Origin: Trueperaceae bacterium
GTDB taxonomy: Bacteria; Deinococcota; Deinococci; Deinococcales; Trueperaceae
Direction of reading: 5' to 3'
DNA: 64,000 nt
Assembly: GCA_965213705.1 (NCBI GenBank)
Contig: OZ243913.1
Span: 1,088,001 to 1,152,000, forward strand
A program made the position numbers and the translations under genes. The notes below the pieces were generated by a model that worked only from the letters and a program-made list of their open reading frames with translations, did not search any database and was not told where the DNA came from. How positions within the stretch are numbered: the stretch's first letter is position 1; every line of letters begins with the position of its first letter. Shown here in pieces: positions 40,033 to 50,725 of the stretch.

Positions 40033-41301
40033 TCACAGGCGTTCGACCAGGGTCGCCTCGCCCTGGCCCACGCCGACGCACAAGGTGGCGAGGCCGTAGC
40101 GCATGGCCTCGCCCGCCGCCGCGCGGCGCTGCATTTCATAAAGAAGCGTCGTCAGGATGCGCGCGCCCGAGCAGCCCAAGGGGTGCCCGAGTGCAATCGC
40201 CCCGCCGTTGACGTTGGTAATACTTTCACTCAAATCCAGCTCGCGCAGCACCGCCAGGGCCTGCGCGGCGAAGGCCTCGTTCAGTTCGGCCAGGTCCAGG
40301 TCGGCAACGCTCAGGTTGTGGCGTTTCAGCAGTTTGCGCGTCGCGTAGACGGGTCCCAAACCCATCACGCGCGGGTCGACGCCCGCCGCCGCCGAGCCGA
40401 GCCAGCGCGCCAAGGGTTTGATACCGAGGTCATCAGCTTTGGCCGCCGACATCAGCACCAGCGCGCAAGCGCCGTCGTTGAGGCCGCTCGAGTTCCCCGC
40501 CGTCACGCTGCCGCCCTCCCGAAAGGCGGGGCGCAGCTCGCCCAGCTTCTCCAAACTGGTCGCGACCCGGTAGCCGTCGGCCGTTTTTTCGTAAAAAGGA
40601 TGTTCGTCGGTGGTGAACCTTTTGGGTTCACCCCGGCGCTGCGGGATTTCGACCGGCACGGTTTCGCGCTCGAAGTATCCCCGGTTGATAGCGTGAACGG
40701 CCCGCGTTTGGCTTTGCAGCGCGAAGCGGTCCTGGTCTTCTCGAGTGATTTCGCCGCCCTCAATGTCGCCCGCGCAACTCATCGCCACGACGTTCTCGGC
40801 GGTTTCGCCCATCGCCTCTAAGGGGAACAGGGCCGCCATTTTGGGGTTCGGGTAGCGCCAGCCGAGCGTGGTGTCCCAGCCGGTCACGTTGCCCGACGGG
40901 CCGAACGCGACCGGGTTTTTGGGCAGCGAATAGGGCGCGCGGGTCATGGACTCGACGCCGCCCGCGACGTAGACCTCGCCCTCGCCGCAGCGAATCGCCC
41001 GGGCCGCCTGGTTGACCGCGTTTAAGCCGCTCGCGCACAGCCGGTTGAAGGTCACCGCGGCGACGCTCTCGGGCAGGCCCGCCAGCAGCGCGCCCATCCG
41101 CGCCACGTTGCGGTTGTCCTCGCCCGCCTGGTTGGCGCAGCCCAGGTAAACCTCTTCGACGGTACCGGGCTCCACGCCGGCGCGCTCGACGGCCTCCCGA
41201 ATGACCAAACCCGCAAGGTCGTCCGGGCGCACGTTCGACAGCGCCCCCCGAATCTTGCCGATGGGTGTACGCACTGCGCTGACTATGACCACGTCTTGCA
41301 C
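40033..41301 (-). CDS. Thiolase (acetyl-CoA C-acyltransferase, PcaF/PaaJ-like)
   Basis: [47 protein letters not shown]. Confidence 0.95.
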   Translation of the reverse strand: MQDVVIVSAVRTPIGKIRGALSNVRPDDLAGLVIREAVERAGVEPGTVEEVYLGCANQAGEDNRNVARMGALLAGLPESVAAVTFNRLCASGLNAVNQAARAIRCGEGEVYVAGGVESMTRAPYSLPKNPVAFGPSGNVTGWDTTLGWRYPNPKMAALFPLEAMGETAENVVAMSCAGDIEGGEITREDQDRFALQSQTRAVHAINRGYFERETVPVEIPQRRGEPKRFTTDEHPFYEKTADGYRVATSLEKLGELRPAFREGGSVTAGNSSGLNDGACALVLMSAAKADDLGIKPLARWLGSAAAGVDPRVMGLGPVYATRKLLKRHNLSVADLDLAELNEAFAAQALAVLRELDLSESITNVNGGAIALGHPLGCSGARILTTLLYEMQRRAAAGEAMRYGLATLCVGVGQGEATLVERL

Positions 41302-41518
41302 GGTTCAGCTCCTAGCCCCGAAGGAAGTCTCAAACTGCGTTCGACCATCTGCGTTCGACCATTGTAACCCCGCTTGTAACCCCGCCGCCGGTAGAGTCCT
41401 GCCCGGACACGGTCCCGCTGTTCAGACACCGTCCCGTCGCCGCTCCGAGCCGCCAACGGGCCAGCGGAGTTACGAACCCTCGACAGCCTTATAATCTAAA
41501 CCCGAGGAGGGAACTCGC

Positions 41519-41974
41519 TTGCAGATTCGCGAAGACGACCTGACGGGGACCAGGATTACCGACTTTTTGCGCGAACACCTCGAGAACATGTTCGAGATTA
41601 CGCCGCCCGAAAGCGTCCACGCGCTCGGTCTGGAAGCCCTGCGCGCGCCCAGCATCACCTTCTGGTCGGTGTGGGAAGAGGACGATCTGCTCGGTTGCGG
41701 CGCGCTGAAGGAACTCGACCCTGAAAACGGCGAAGTCAAGTCCATGCGAACGGTGGTAGCCCACCGCGGCAAGGGCGTGGCCTCACGCGTGCTCGAGCAC
41801 GTCCTCCAAGAAGCGCGGCGGCGGGGGTACGAGTCGCTGTATTTAGAAACCGGCGCGATGCCGGAATTCGCTCCGGCTCGCAACTTGTACCTGCGCTACG
41901 GGTTCGAGGTTTGCGGTCCCTTCGCCGACTACGGCGACGACCCGAACAGCGTGTTCATGACGAGGAGGGTTTAG
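41519..41974 (+). CDS. GNAT family N-acetyltransferase
   Basis: PPESVHAL, GEVKSMRT, RGKGVA, YLETG, DPNSVFM. Confidence 0.9.
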   Translation: MQIREDDLTGTRITDFLREHLENMFEITPPESVHALGLEALRAPSITFWSVWEEDDLLGCGALKELDPENGEVKSMRTVVAHRGKGVASRVLEHVLQEARRRGYESLYLETGAMPEFAPARNLYLRYGFEVCGPFADYGDDPNSVFMTRRV

Positions 41975-42038
41975 GGGCTCGAGGGTGTGTCTGGAAAAGC
42001 CCTTACCCCCGCCTGACGACTAGCAGCTCCAAAAGTGA

Positions 42039-42118
42039 GTGAGACGGACGTCTCACCACGCAAGTCCAGAGGCGGACCCCACCGGCCCAAAGGGCCACCT
42101 CCCCTAAAATGGGAGGTG
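42039..42118. repeat. REP-like multi-hairpin element between convergent genes
   Basis: gtgagac-ggac-gtctcac; ggccc-aaa-gggcc; cacctccc-ctaaaat-gggaggtg. Confidence 0.55.
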
Positions 42119-42209
42119 AAGTCAAGACCCGTTTGTCTCAATGCTATACCCTTGTTGTTTTGCCAATGCGTCCCGTAATTCGTTGGAGTGGCCGAGTGTC
42201 ACGAAGCCG

Positions 42210-42563
42210 TTATTCTGCTCGCACCTCGTCCGGCTCCGGGTCAGTTTCAAACTGAACCGCGCCGATGTTTTTCAGGCCGAGCAACCACGCTTTTCCCAGC
42301 CGGTGCCCACCGTCCATCAAATAACCTTCAGCCGACAAGATAATCGGGTGGGATAAGTCAGCCTCATAAATTCGTTTAGCGTGAGCCGCAACGGCTCTAC
42401 AAGTCGGTACGTCGTTTGCGTCGAACCAACAATTCTGGTCGAACTCGGCAATGCTCTCGACGGGAACGGACTTGACGGGCAAGTGTTCGACAAGCTGCCA
42501 AAGCCGTTCCGTGAACCAAACATAGCGTCCGTTCGGCGTCAGCCGTGAGTGTTTTTGCGCCAC
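42210..42563 (-). CDS. Small ParB/Srx-like domain protein
   Basis: ADLSHPIIL...LMDGGHRL motif; GTG start inferred. Confidence 0.75.
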   Translation of the reverse strand: MAQKHSRLTPNGRYVWFTERLWQLVEHLPVKSVPVESIAEFDQNCWFDANDVPTCRAVAAHAKRIYEADLSHPIILSAEGYLMDGGHRLGKAWLLGLKNIGAVQFETDPEPDEVRAE

Positions 42564-42645
42564 GTCCCCGATTTTAGCGCACCGACTTGTGCGACGCGAA
42601 ATCGCCTCCCCGTGACTTGTTCGGCCCAACGGTGGTTTCCAAGCG

Positions 42646-42977
42646 TCACGGCAAACCCAACCAGGTTCGCAAAGAGTTCTCGAGTTCGTCGGCGTCCGTG
42701 TCGTTCAACCGTCCGACGCGCTTCCTGACGAGCGTCCCTTTTATCGTGTAAATCCCGCGTTTGACAGCCGTTTCTACGTTCAGGCCCGCTGCTCTCCACT
42801 CGGTTAAAACGAACTCGCCCGCCAGCAGACTGCTCGTTTTGCTCGTCAAGGCGACGACAAACAAATCTTGTGAGCTGTGGGGGCGTTGCTGACGACTGCC
42901 GGTCTGACTTTGGCGCTCGTTAAGTCCGAAAAAGGGTAACGGACAAGTACGACTTCATGTCTCGAGTAGCTCGGCAT
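42646..42977 (-). pseudogene. PemK/MazF family toxin, frameshifted
   Basis: VVLVRYPFSDLTSAKVRPAVV in one frame, QDLFVVALTS...WRAAGL in another; adding one G to the G5 run at 42879-42883 restores NAPHSSQDLF. Confidence 0.85.
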
Positions 42978-43158
42978 AAATGTCATCCCCTGCGTTGTCC
43001 CAAACCTCGTCCAACGACGCGGAGCTTGCCGCTTGCCAGAAGTCGGCCTCATCCTCAACCAGCAGCGTCACCAGAGCCCGAGTCCCTTCCGGCGCGTCGA
43101 CTTTGTCGAGCGTTTCGATGCGTCCGCCCTGAACGACGGCCCAAACCGTACTCGGCAT
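42955..43158 (-). CDS. Putative antitoxin of the PemK module
   Basis: Acidic C-terminus SLDEVWDNAGDDIYAEL overlapping the toxin start. Confidence 0.75.
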   Translation of the reverse strand: MPSTVWAVVQGGRIETLDKVDAPEGTRALVTLLVEDEADFWQAASSASLDEVWDNAGDDIYAELLET

Positions 43159-43327
43159 AGTTATCACCTCACGAAAAACAGTTTACAGCAGGCCGGGGAG
43201 AATGATGAGAAAAAGCCGGACAGCTCAGCTCGAGGTTGAAAGGTATCTCGCACAAACCTCTCCTCACCGGGTAGACTGAATTCTTTTGCCGACGATCGAG
43301 AAAGTCTCGGCTTCGGGTGGCACGCTG

Positions 43328-44221
43328 TCATCCCACTAGGCTCGAATCCAGACCCTCGAGCAACTCCCCAAGCTCTTTCGCAACCTCGTCGCTCACGTCC
43401 AGCAGCGGCGCTCTGGGATTGCCCGCCGTTTTCCCTTGCGACCGCAGCGCCGCCTTGAGCCCCGGCACGCCGTACTTGCTCGTCACCGCAACGGCCAGCG
43501 GGTTGAGGGCGAGCTGAAGTCGCCGCGCTTCTGTCAGGTTGCCGTCTTGAAAACAGGCCAGGATTTTTTTGTAACCCCGCGCCGCAACGTTGGCGACCGC
43601 CAGAATGCCGCCCCGCGCGCCGAGCGACAGGGCGGGGAGCAGCGTCGGCGCGCTGCCGGTCAACACGGTAAAACCGTCCGGCACCTGCCGCATCGTTTCG
43701 GTCAAGGCCGTGACGTTGCCTGAGGAGTCCTTCATCCCCACGATGTTCTCGTGCCGCGCGAGCTTGGTTATGAGGGCGGGGGAGAGGGCGAAGCCGGTAA
43801 CTTGCGGGATGTTGTAGAGCAGCAGGGGCAGCGGGCTCTCGTCGGCGACGCGGGTGTAGTGCGTCTCGAGCACCGCGTCGGTCATCGAGCCTCGGAAGTA
43901 AAAGGGGGCGACGACGAGGGCGAAGTCCGCGCCCGAGTCGGCGGCCTCGGCGTTGCGTTCAATCACAAGCCGGGTCGTCTCGCCGCCGGTGCTGACGAGC
44001 ATGGGTTTGTCATTGGGAATAGCCTTCCGCGCCACCCTCACCACCTCACGGCGTTCGGCCTCGCTCAAAAAGGCCGCCTCGCCGTTGCTGCCTAAAATCA
44101 GAAAACCGTCGACTTCGGGCTCGAGCGCGTGCAGCAAGGTCTCGAGGGCTCCCTCGTCAACCTCTCCAATGGCGGTGAACGGCGTCGGGGCGGGCGGGAT
44201 GATGCCGGTGAGCTGGGTCAT
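43328..44221 (-). CDS. Dihydrodipicolinate synthase family aldolase (HOGA-like)
   Basis: GSNGE, LYNIP, IVGMKDSSG; GSNGE rather than the GTTGE of DapA. Confidence 0.9.
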   Translation of the reverse strand: MTQLTGIIPPAPTPFTAIGEVDEGALETLLHALEPEVDGFLILGSNGEAAFLSEAERREVVRVARKAIPNDKPMLVSTGGETTRLVIERNAEAADSGADFALVVAPFYFRGSMTDAVLETHYTRVADESPLPLLLYNIPQVTGFALSPALITKLARHENIVGMKDSSGNVTALTETMRQVPDGFTVLTGSAPTLLPALSLGARGGILAVANVAARGYKKILACFQDGNLTEARRLQLALNPLAVAVTSKYGVPGLKAALRSQGKTAGNPRAPLLDVSDEVAKELGELLEGLDSSLVG

Positions 44222-44316
44222 GAGCGTTATTTTAGCAGCCCGGCCGGAAAGCGGGAAAAGGCAAAAGCGGCAAATGCGACAGGCCTACCCACGCGGTCAC
44301 GTTACGCTGAGCCCTT

Positions 44317-45183
44317 ATGGAACCCGACAGCAACACCGCTCGCCTGCTCATCTCCTGCCCGGACAAACCCGGCATCGTGGCCGCCGTGTCGCAGTTTTTG
44401 TACACCCACGGCGCGAACGTGCTCGGCGCGGCGCAGCACTCGACCGACCCGACCGGCGGCACCTTTTTTATGCGCATGGTGTTTTACTTAGAAGACCTGG
44501 ACGTGAGTCGGGCGCAGTTGGAACGCGCTTTTGGGGAGGTCGTCGCCAAGCCCTTCGACATGACCTGGCGCGTCGCTTACGCCGACACGCGCAAACGGAT
44601 GGCGGTGCTGGTCTCTAAGTACGACCACGCCCTCGTCGAGCTGCTGTGGCGGCAGCGCAGCGGCGAGTTAGCGCTCGAGATTCCCTTCGTCGTTTCGAAC
44701 CATGAGGACTTGCGCCCGCTGGTCGAGTCGTTCGGCATTTCTTACCACCACCTGCCGGTCAGCAAAGACACCAAGGCCGAGCAGGAGGCGCAAGTTCTGG
44801 AGATGTTCAAAAACCGGGTCGACCTCGTCGTGCTGGCGCGCTACATGCAAATTTTGTCCCCGGACTTCGTCGCGCCGTACCGGGGGCGGCTCATCAACAT
44901 CCACCACTCGTTTCTGCCCGCTTTCGTCGGCGCAAACCCCTACAAGCACGCTTACGAACGCGGCGTCAAACTCATCGGGGCGACCGCGCACTACGTCACC
45001 GAAGACCTGGACCAAGGCCCCATCATCGAGCAGGACGTGCGCCGCGTGTCGCACCGAGACAACGTGGCTGACCTCGTCAAAATCGGCCGCGAGATAGAGC
45101 GCACCGTGCTGGCGCGGGCCGTCGCCGCACACGTCGAGGACAGGATTTTGGTGCACGGGAACAAGACGGTGGTGTTCGAGTGA
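44317..45183 (+). CDS. purU: Formyltetrahydrofolate deformylase
   Basis: [13 protein letters not shown] domain, [31 protein letters not shown]. Confidence 0.97.
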   Translation: MEPDSNTARLLISCPDKPGIVAAVSQFLYTHGANVLGAAQHSTDPTGGTFFMRMVFYLEDLDVSRAQLERAFGEVVAKPFDMTWRVAYADTRKRMAVLVSKYDHALVELLWRQRSGELALEIPFVVSNHEDLRPLVESFGISYHHLPVSKDTKAEQEAQVLEMFKNRVDLVVLARYMQILSPDFVAPYRGRLINIHHSFLPAFVGANPYKHAYERGVKLIGATAHYVTEDLDQGPIIEQDVRRVSHRDNVADLVKIGREIERTVLARAVAAHVEDRILVHGNKTVVFE

Positions 45184-45194
45184 AGGCGGAAGGC

Positions 45195-45236
45195 GAAAAG
45201 TACCGAGGACCGAGTGAAAAGTACCGAGTGGAAAGT
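45195..45236. repeat. Heptamer repeat family A, copy 2
   Basis: gaaaagtaccgaggaccgagtgaaaagtaccgagtggaaagt. Confidence 0.75.
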
Positions 45237-45344
45237 CAAGGGCCTCCGCTCGAGGGTTTCCTACAAGCTACAGGCCTCGAGCCATAAGCCTCTACTCGTG
45301 AAGTGGGGTAGACTCGAGCCATACTCACTTGGAAGAGGTCTGCC

Positions 45345-45887
45345 ATGAAAACCCACACGGTTCAGGTCGGTGCCGAGCGCCGCGAGTTGCCGGTCGTCAA
45401 CGTCGGCGCGGTGTCGGTCGCGCTCCTCAACTTGCTTGGCGATACTAAGCTCACCGAGGCGGCGGCCGACGAACTCGCCGCCAAGCTGCCCGAGGGCGTC
45501 GACATCCTCGTCACGCCCGAGGTCAAGGCGATTCCGCTGGCCCACGCCATCAGCGTGCGCACCGGCATCCCTTACGTGGTCGCGCGCAAAACCGAAAAAC
45601 CCTACATGGTGAACGCGGTGAGCAAAACGGTGCTGTCGATTACCACCGGCAAGCCGCAACTGCTCGTCATCGACGGGTCGAATTTGGACCAGCTTAAAAA
45701 CAAGCGCGTCGCCATCATCGACGACGTGGTGAGTACCGGCGGCACGCTGACCGGGTTGAGCGAACTCCTGCAAGAAATCGGGGCCGAGGTCGTGGCGACG
45801 CTCGTCGTCTTTACCGAGGGCGACGACCGCGACGACGTGATTGCGCTCGGGCACTTGCCGCTCTATCCGAAAGAGGCCGGAGTCTGA
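45345..45887 (+). CDS. Purine phosphoribosyltransferase family protein (Apt-like)
   Basis: PRPP-binding motif [13 protein letters not shown]. Confidence 0.9.
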   Translation: MKTHTVQVGAERRELPVVNVGAVSVALLNLLGDTKLTEAAADELAAKLPEGVDILVTPEVKAIPLAHAISVRTGIPYVVARKTEKPYMVNAVSKTVLSITTGKPQLLVIDGSNLDQLKNKRVAIIDDVVSTGGTLTGLSELLQEIGAEVVATLVVFTEGDDRDDVIALGHLPLYPKEAGV

Positions 45888-46082
45888 ACCCTTGACACGA
45901 TGGCAGCGGGCTTTAGCACTCATGCCCCCTGAAAACTACGTCACCGACGCGCGTTGACTCGAGCTTTTCCAGCCATTTTAAGTCTCCCGATATGCTAAGC
46001 TAACCAGTTACCACAGGCTCCCCTGAGGTCGCGCTGTCGTTTCAAAGCGGCGTGCGCGCCGTTTCCGCGTCCAGGAGCAGAC

Positions 46083-47924
46083 ATGTCGCTCGATGCCAAA
46101 GAGCAAATCAGGCAGCGCCTCGACATCGCCGAGGTCGTCGGTGACGTTGTCGCGCTGAAACCTGCCGGACGCGGGCAGCTCAAAGGCTTGTGTCCCTTTC
46201 ACAACGAAAAAACGCCGTCGTTCCACGTCCACCAGGACCGCGGTTTTTATTACTGCTTCGGCTGTCAGGCCAAGGGCGACCTGTTCGACTTCGTGATGCA
46301 AACGCAAGGGGTGGACTTTTTCGAGGCGCTGCAAAGCTTAGGCGTGCGCGCCGGGATAGAGGTCACGCCGCAGACGCCCAGGGACAGCCGTCGCCGCGAC
46401 TTGTTTGAAGTCAACGCGCTGGCGCTGGCTTTTTTCAGGACGCAGCTCGAGGCCCACGCCCCTCTCGCCAAAAGCTATCTTCTCAACCGGAGGCTTAGCG
46501 AGGCGAGTTTGGACACCTTCGAACTCGGCTACGCCCCCGACAGTTGGGACGCGCTCCTCAAACACGCCCTCACCAAAGGGGTGAGTGACGCCGACCTGTT
46601 GGACGCCGGACTCGTGCGCGAGAGCGACGCGGGCCGCCGCTACGACTATTTTCGCAACCGCATCATGTTTCCCATCAAGGACTACCTCGGCCGCGTGGTC
46701 GGCTTTTCGGGGCGGGTGCTGGACGATTCAATGCCCAAGTACCTCAACACGAGCGAGACGGACATCTTCAAAAAAGGTGAACTGCTCTACGGCCTCGACC
46801 TCGCCAAAACCGCGATTCGCGCCTCGGGTGAGGCGCTCGTGGTCGAAGGCTACATGGACGTTATCGCGCTGCACCAAACGGGGTTCGACACGGCGGTCGC
46901 TGCTTTGGGCGCGACGCTCACCGCCGACCAAGCCGCGCAACTGAGCCGCCTGGACGTGCAAAAGCTCTACCTCGCCTTCGACGCGGACGAGGCGGGGCAG
47001 CGGGCGATTTTGTCGGGCCTCGAGCAGTCCGTAGGACGGCAGTTCTTAGTGCGCGCGGTGCGCGTGCCGCACGGCAAAGACCCGGCGGACGCGGTGCTCG
47101 GCGGACACGTCGCAGAGTTCCGTGCCGCCTTGAGCGAAGGTTTGTCGGAGGTCGAATTTCGCTTTACCAGCACCCTCGGCAAGTACGACCGCAGCACGCT
47201 GGACGGCAAAAAGGCCATCCTCAACGACCTGCTGCCGGTGCTGCGCCCGCGCGACGTGTTCGACCCGGTCGCCGCCGAGATGCGCCGACTCGTCATCGAC
47301 AAGCTCAGAATCGAACCCGCGCGACTCGACGACTGGATCAACAGCAAGCGCCAGCGCCGACTGGACGACACGCAAATCAAGGGGATGGAGCGCAAACGCT
47401 TCAACCCCACGCAGGTCGCGGTCATCGAACTCGAAGTCATCGCGCTGCTGCTGCTCGAGCCCGGCCTGTTGAGAAAGCGCCTCGAGTACGTCCAGTCGTC
47501 GCTGCCGCCCTCGATGGAAGACTCGGTCTTAAAAGAGTTTCAGGAGATTTGCGAGACCTGCCGCTATGACGACCAGCAGATTCTCTCCAGGTACCGCGAG
47601 CGCGACGAGGGGCGCATCCTGTTCGAACGCTTGTTCACCCAGGCCGAGGACGAGGACATGCGCATCGACGTGGAAATGCAAATCGACAAGTCCCTGTCCC
47701 GGCTGCGCGAGATGTACTTGGACGGCGCGAAGGAGAACCAGCGGGCGCACTTGCTCGAGCGCATGGAAGAGGTCAGCCGCTTTCTCACCGACCCGAATCT
47801 GCCCACCGACAAGCTAAAGCACTACTACGCCGAACTGAAAGAGATTCACTCGATGCTGGCGGCGCGCGACGCCGAACGCAGAATTCAGCGGGTGCCGGCG
47901 AATTTTAGAAACAAGAAACGCTAG
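46083..47924 (+). CDS. dnaG: DNA primase
   Basis: CPFHNEKTPSF..CFGC zinc finger, FRNRIMFPI, KYLNT, VEGYMDV, FDADEAG. Confidence 0.97.
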   Translation: MSLDAKEQIRQRLDIAEVVGDVVALKPAGRGQLKGLCPFHNEKTPSFHVHQDRGFYYCFGCQAKGDLFDFVMQTQGVDFFEALQSLGVRAGIEVTPQTPRDSRRRDLFEVNALALAFFRTQLEAHAPLAKSYLLNRRLSEASLDTFELGYAPDSWDALLKHALTKGVSDADLLDAGLVRESDAGRRYDYFRNRIMFPIKDYLGRVVGFSGRVLDDSMPKYLNTSETDIFKKGELLYGLDLAKTAIRASGEALVVEGYMDVIALHQTGFDTAVAALGATLTADQAAQLSRLDVQKLYLAFDADEAGQRAILSGLEQSVGRQFLVRAVRVPHGKDPADAVLGGHVAEFRAALSEGLSEVEFRFTSTLGKYDRSTLDGKKAILNDLLPVLRPRDVFDPVAAEMRRLVIDKLRIEPARLDDWINSKRQRRLDDTQIKGMERKRFNPTQVAVIELEVIALLLLEPGLLRKRLEYVQSSLPPSMEDSVLKEFQEICETCRYDDQQILSRYRERDEGRILFERLFTQAEDEDMRIDVEMQIDKSLSRLREMYLDGAKENQRAHLLERMEEVSRFLTDPNLPTDKLKHYYAELKEIHSMLAARDAERRIQRVPANFRNKKR

Positions 47925-47935
47925 ACACTTTTTCT

Positions 47936-49615
47936 TCAAACGAAAACTTGCGCGCTCGAGCGCTTTCCTTTGTAATATCTTCGGTCTCTAAGAAGTTGCG
48001 CCGCTTCCCTCAAAATTCGAGTATCTTTCGAAGGTAGGCCGAAGAGCTTCTCGAGAATGAGGGTGTTAACCAACTCTCTCGCCGTTTGTTCGCAACCTTG
48101 GCGCAGTAAGCTGTCTACTTCAAGAAAGGCTTTATCAAACGCTTCAGTTCTTTCAGGGCTGGCGATGAGGACGTTTTTGGCTTCGCTGGGCTCGAGCTTC
48201 AACATGCCGCCGCCGAGCGCGTGGCCCTCGAGTTCTACACTTAAAGAGGTCAGTGACGTTTGCCACAGCAAGGCTAAGTCGTGGGCCGAAAACGGGACTC
48301 CGTCACGGAGCCGAACGGCGTGAAGGCTATTGGGGGTGACGGCCTCGGCGTCGTTAGCGACGAGCTGCGGCCTGAGTCCACTCATGTAGGTCAAAAAAGC
48401 GTCCGGCCGGTAAACGTGCGGCACGGCGTACCAGGGTGAGCGGACGCGGCACTTATACGCCTTGTGGACACCTCGAGCTTCACCCTTTTCGATGTAGGTT
48501 TTTACCGGCTTGGACAACCTCTTTTTGCCAGATAAGTCTAAGAGGTAGCCCGCTTCACCCCCTTTTTCCGCCTCGCCCCAGTCTCGTTTTGAAAAGTGTA
48601 AGCCGTCGAGCGTACGGCTTCGGTACACGGCTGGGGTGAGATAGGCGGGGGTTATGTTCTGCTTTTTCGCCTCCGCTTTGTTCAGATGAAAGAAGCCGTT
48701 ACCGCCTGTCACGTAGCCTATGCCCACCTCCGCAAAGTCTCCAAGCCGTTTTGTGAGTCCGCTTTTGGAGAGTTTTTCGTAGAGACTTCGCGCCTCTTCC
48801 GAAAGCCAGTAGGAGGCGAGCGTCGTGCGCCCACTTACGATGGCCTCTACGTTGACTTCGGCAGCGTGTGTGAGGTTTGCAGTTGTGTTTGTGCGCGTGA
48901 GGTCGGCGACGCTTTCCAGGTCGGCGAGAAACAGGTTGCCGGATTTACCTTTATCTTCGGCCAGCAAAAGCAAGGTGTCTTGGCTAAGGTCGGGAAACAA
49001 GCGCTCTTTGAACGTCAGCAGCGTTGTACGACCAAAGTTCTCTGCGACGTACTTCAGCACGGGCCTGGCATAGGCGGCGTGGCCGATTTCGACCGGAATG
49101 ACCATTGCGAGGCGGCCTCCTTGCTTCAAAATGAAGCAACTATGAACCAAAAAAGGAGCCCAGGAACTCACGAGCTTGTTGAGCGCTACGCCTTGACGTT
49201 CAGCTCGGCGTAGCGCCAGTTGCCGGTCTTCGCCGTTAAAACTTTGATAGCGAATAAAGGGCGGATTGCCGACGACGGCGTCTACCGGTTTCAGCGTTTT
49301 TGGCGTGACCTGAAAAAAATCTGCACGTAGAAGGTTTTTGGTTTTAACCCTGTAAAGAAGCGAAAGCTCGTAGGCTATCTGCCTGTGAACCTGCTCGTCT
49401 ATCTCGACACCGTAGACTTGGTTTGAATAGTTCCCTCCAAGGTGCTCGAGGCGTTTTAGAGCGGCCTCGAGGAACACGCCGCCCCCAAAACTGGGGTCCA
49501 GCACCGTTTCCGACGGGGCGCGAACGGCCCAGCCGACGAGAAAGTCCGCTATTCGTTGGTCGGTGTAGTAAGCGCCGAGCCGTTTGGCTCGTAAACCGCG
49601 AGGAGGGTCGGCCAC
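47936..49615 (-). CDS. Orphan N6-adenine DNA methyltransferase (gamma class)
   Basis: GAYYT, LDPSFGGGVF (motif I), VGNPPF (motif IV), C-terminal TRD with GIGYVTG; no endonuclease alongside. Confidence 0.9.
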   Translation of the reverse strand: MADPPRGLRAKRLGAYYTDQRIADFLVGWAVRAPSETVLDPSFGGGVFLEAALKRLEHLGGNYSNQVYGVEIDEQVHRQIAYELSLLYRVKTKNLLRADFFQVTPKTLKPVDAVVGNPPFIRYQSFNGEDRQLALRRAERQGVALNKLVSSWAPFLVHSCFILKQGGRLAMVIPVEIGHAAYARPVLKYVAENFGRTTLLTFKERLFPDLSQDTLLLLAEDKGKSGNLFLADLESVADLTRTNTTANLTHAAEVNVEAIVSGRTTLASYWLSEEARSLYEKLSKSGLTKRLGDFAEVGIGYVTGGNGFFHLNKAEAKKQNITPAYLTPAVYRSRTLDGLHFSKRDWGEAEKGGEAGYLLDLSGKKRLSKPVKTYIEKGEARGVHKAYKCRVRSPWYAVPHVYRPDAFLTYMSGLRPQLVANDAEAVTPNSLHAVRLRDGVPFSAHDLALLWQTSLTSLSVELEGHALGGGMLKLEPSEAKNVLIASPERTEAFDKAFLEVDSLLRQGCEQTARELVNTLILEKLFGLPSKDTRILREAAQLLRDRRYYKGKRSSAQVFV

Positions 49616-50158
49616 AGCCGAAGTTTAACACTCGTCTTTCGCTTTCCCTCGGCTGTGGACTCAGATGTGGACTCAGGCTGTGCTGTCGGGGACAAGCATT
49701 TCAACGGGTACTTGTTCGACAAGCTTGTTGCGCCGTGGCCGTAACGCGCGACGTAGCTTGTCAACTGCAAGGGCTTTTTGCCCCTGACGTGCAGTCGTGG
49801 TACGCGGTTGCAAAGGCTCGAGGATGGCAAGGCTCGGGTATAGGAAGAGAGACGGAAGGTAAAAAGCCGTTGCAAGACCTCGTCAACCAAAAGCGGGCGC
49901 GCGTCGCCAAGGTTGAAAGTTCGGTCGCCCGGTCGACCGTCTCCGACCGAACCTGCCTCGATGTTGACAAAGTCGTGACTTTTTTGACTGCTGTGAAAAA
50001 GGGCGTCGTTTCCGGCAGGCGTGCGGCTCGCGCCGTGCTGACGGGGCAAAGCAAAGGGCGCGGGCCCCTTGTTTCAGGGCAAACGCGAGATGAGGCGGGT
50101 GAACCGCACCCGCCTCACTGGTTTGCAGGTTCGGGAGGTGCCGCGCTCGGCGAGACCC

Positions 50159-50725
50159 CTAAAGGTAAACCGGCTCTACCGCTCGAGCCGCGCCGGTGAA
50201 AACCAGTTTTGCCAAGTAACCAGCGTCGGGCGCCGCGTCTTCGAAGTAGGGAAGGTCGGGTTGGCTCGCTCTCAGGGCCGCGCGTTCCCACTTGCCCGCG
50301 CTGACAAGGGTGGTTACGTCCTCGCCCTGGCGGCGGAACACGCCCCCGTAGACGTTGCCGCGCCGGGCGTCCAGGGCGCAGACGCCCGTCTCACCCGCCG
50401 CCAGCGTTTTGGCGGCGACGGCTTGGAGCGTGCCGCCGCCGCCCAGCGGCACGCCGAGCCCACGGGCGAGACCCCGCGCCGCGGCGACGCCCACGCGCAG
50501 CCCGGTGTACGAGCCGGGTCCCAGCCCGACGCCGACGCCTGCAAGCTGTCGTTTGCTCACCCCGGCCTTCCCCAACAAGTTCTCGAGTTCACCCAAAAGG
50601 CGTTCGGCGTGGTCACGGCCGAGCCGTTCCTCAAAACCAGCCAAAACGCCCTGGCTCGGTGACCACAAGGCCAAGGCCAAAAACGGCGTCGCGGTGTCTA
50701 TACCCAAGTAGATACGTTCCGGCAC
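50159..50725 (-). CDS. tsaB: tRNA t6A biosynthesis protein TsaB
   Basis: LGIDTAT, HAERL, GPGSYTGLRVG, DARRGNVY, EPVYL. Confidence 0.93.
   Translation of the reverse strand: MPERIYLGIDTATPFLALALWSPSQGVLAGFEERLGRDHAERLLGELENLLGKAGVSKRQLAGVGVGLGPGSYTGLRVGVAAARGLARGLGVPLGGGGTLQAVAAKTLAAGETGVCALDARRGNVYGGVFRRQGEDVTTLVSAGKWERAALRASQPDLPYFEDAAPDAGYLAKLVFTGAARAVEPVYL

Noticed and set aside
38647..43200. Integron cassette array explaining the small-gene patches
   Set aside because: No integrase, no recognisable attC core sites, and mixed gene orientations
43328..44221. Gene symbol dapA
   Set aside because: GSNGE motif and no lysine-pathway neighbours; only a family-level call is supported
45913..45939. 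CIRCE-like site upstream of dnaG (TTAGCACTC-N9-gaaaactac)
   Set aside because: The left arm is perfect but the right arm matches only 5/9, and dnaG is not a usual HrcA target
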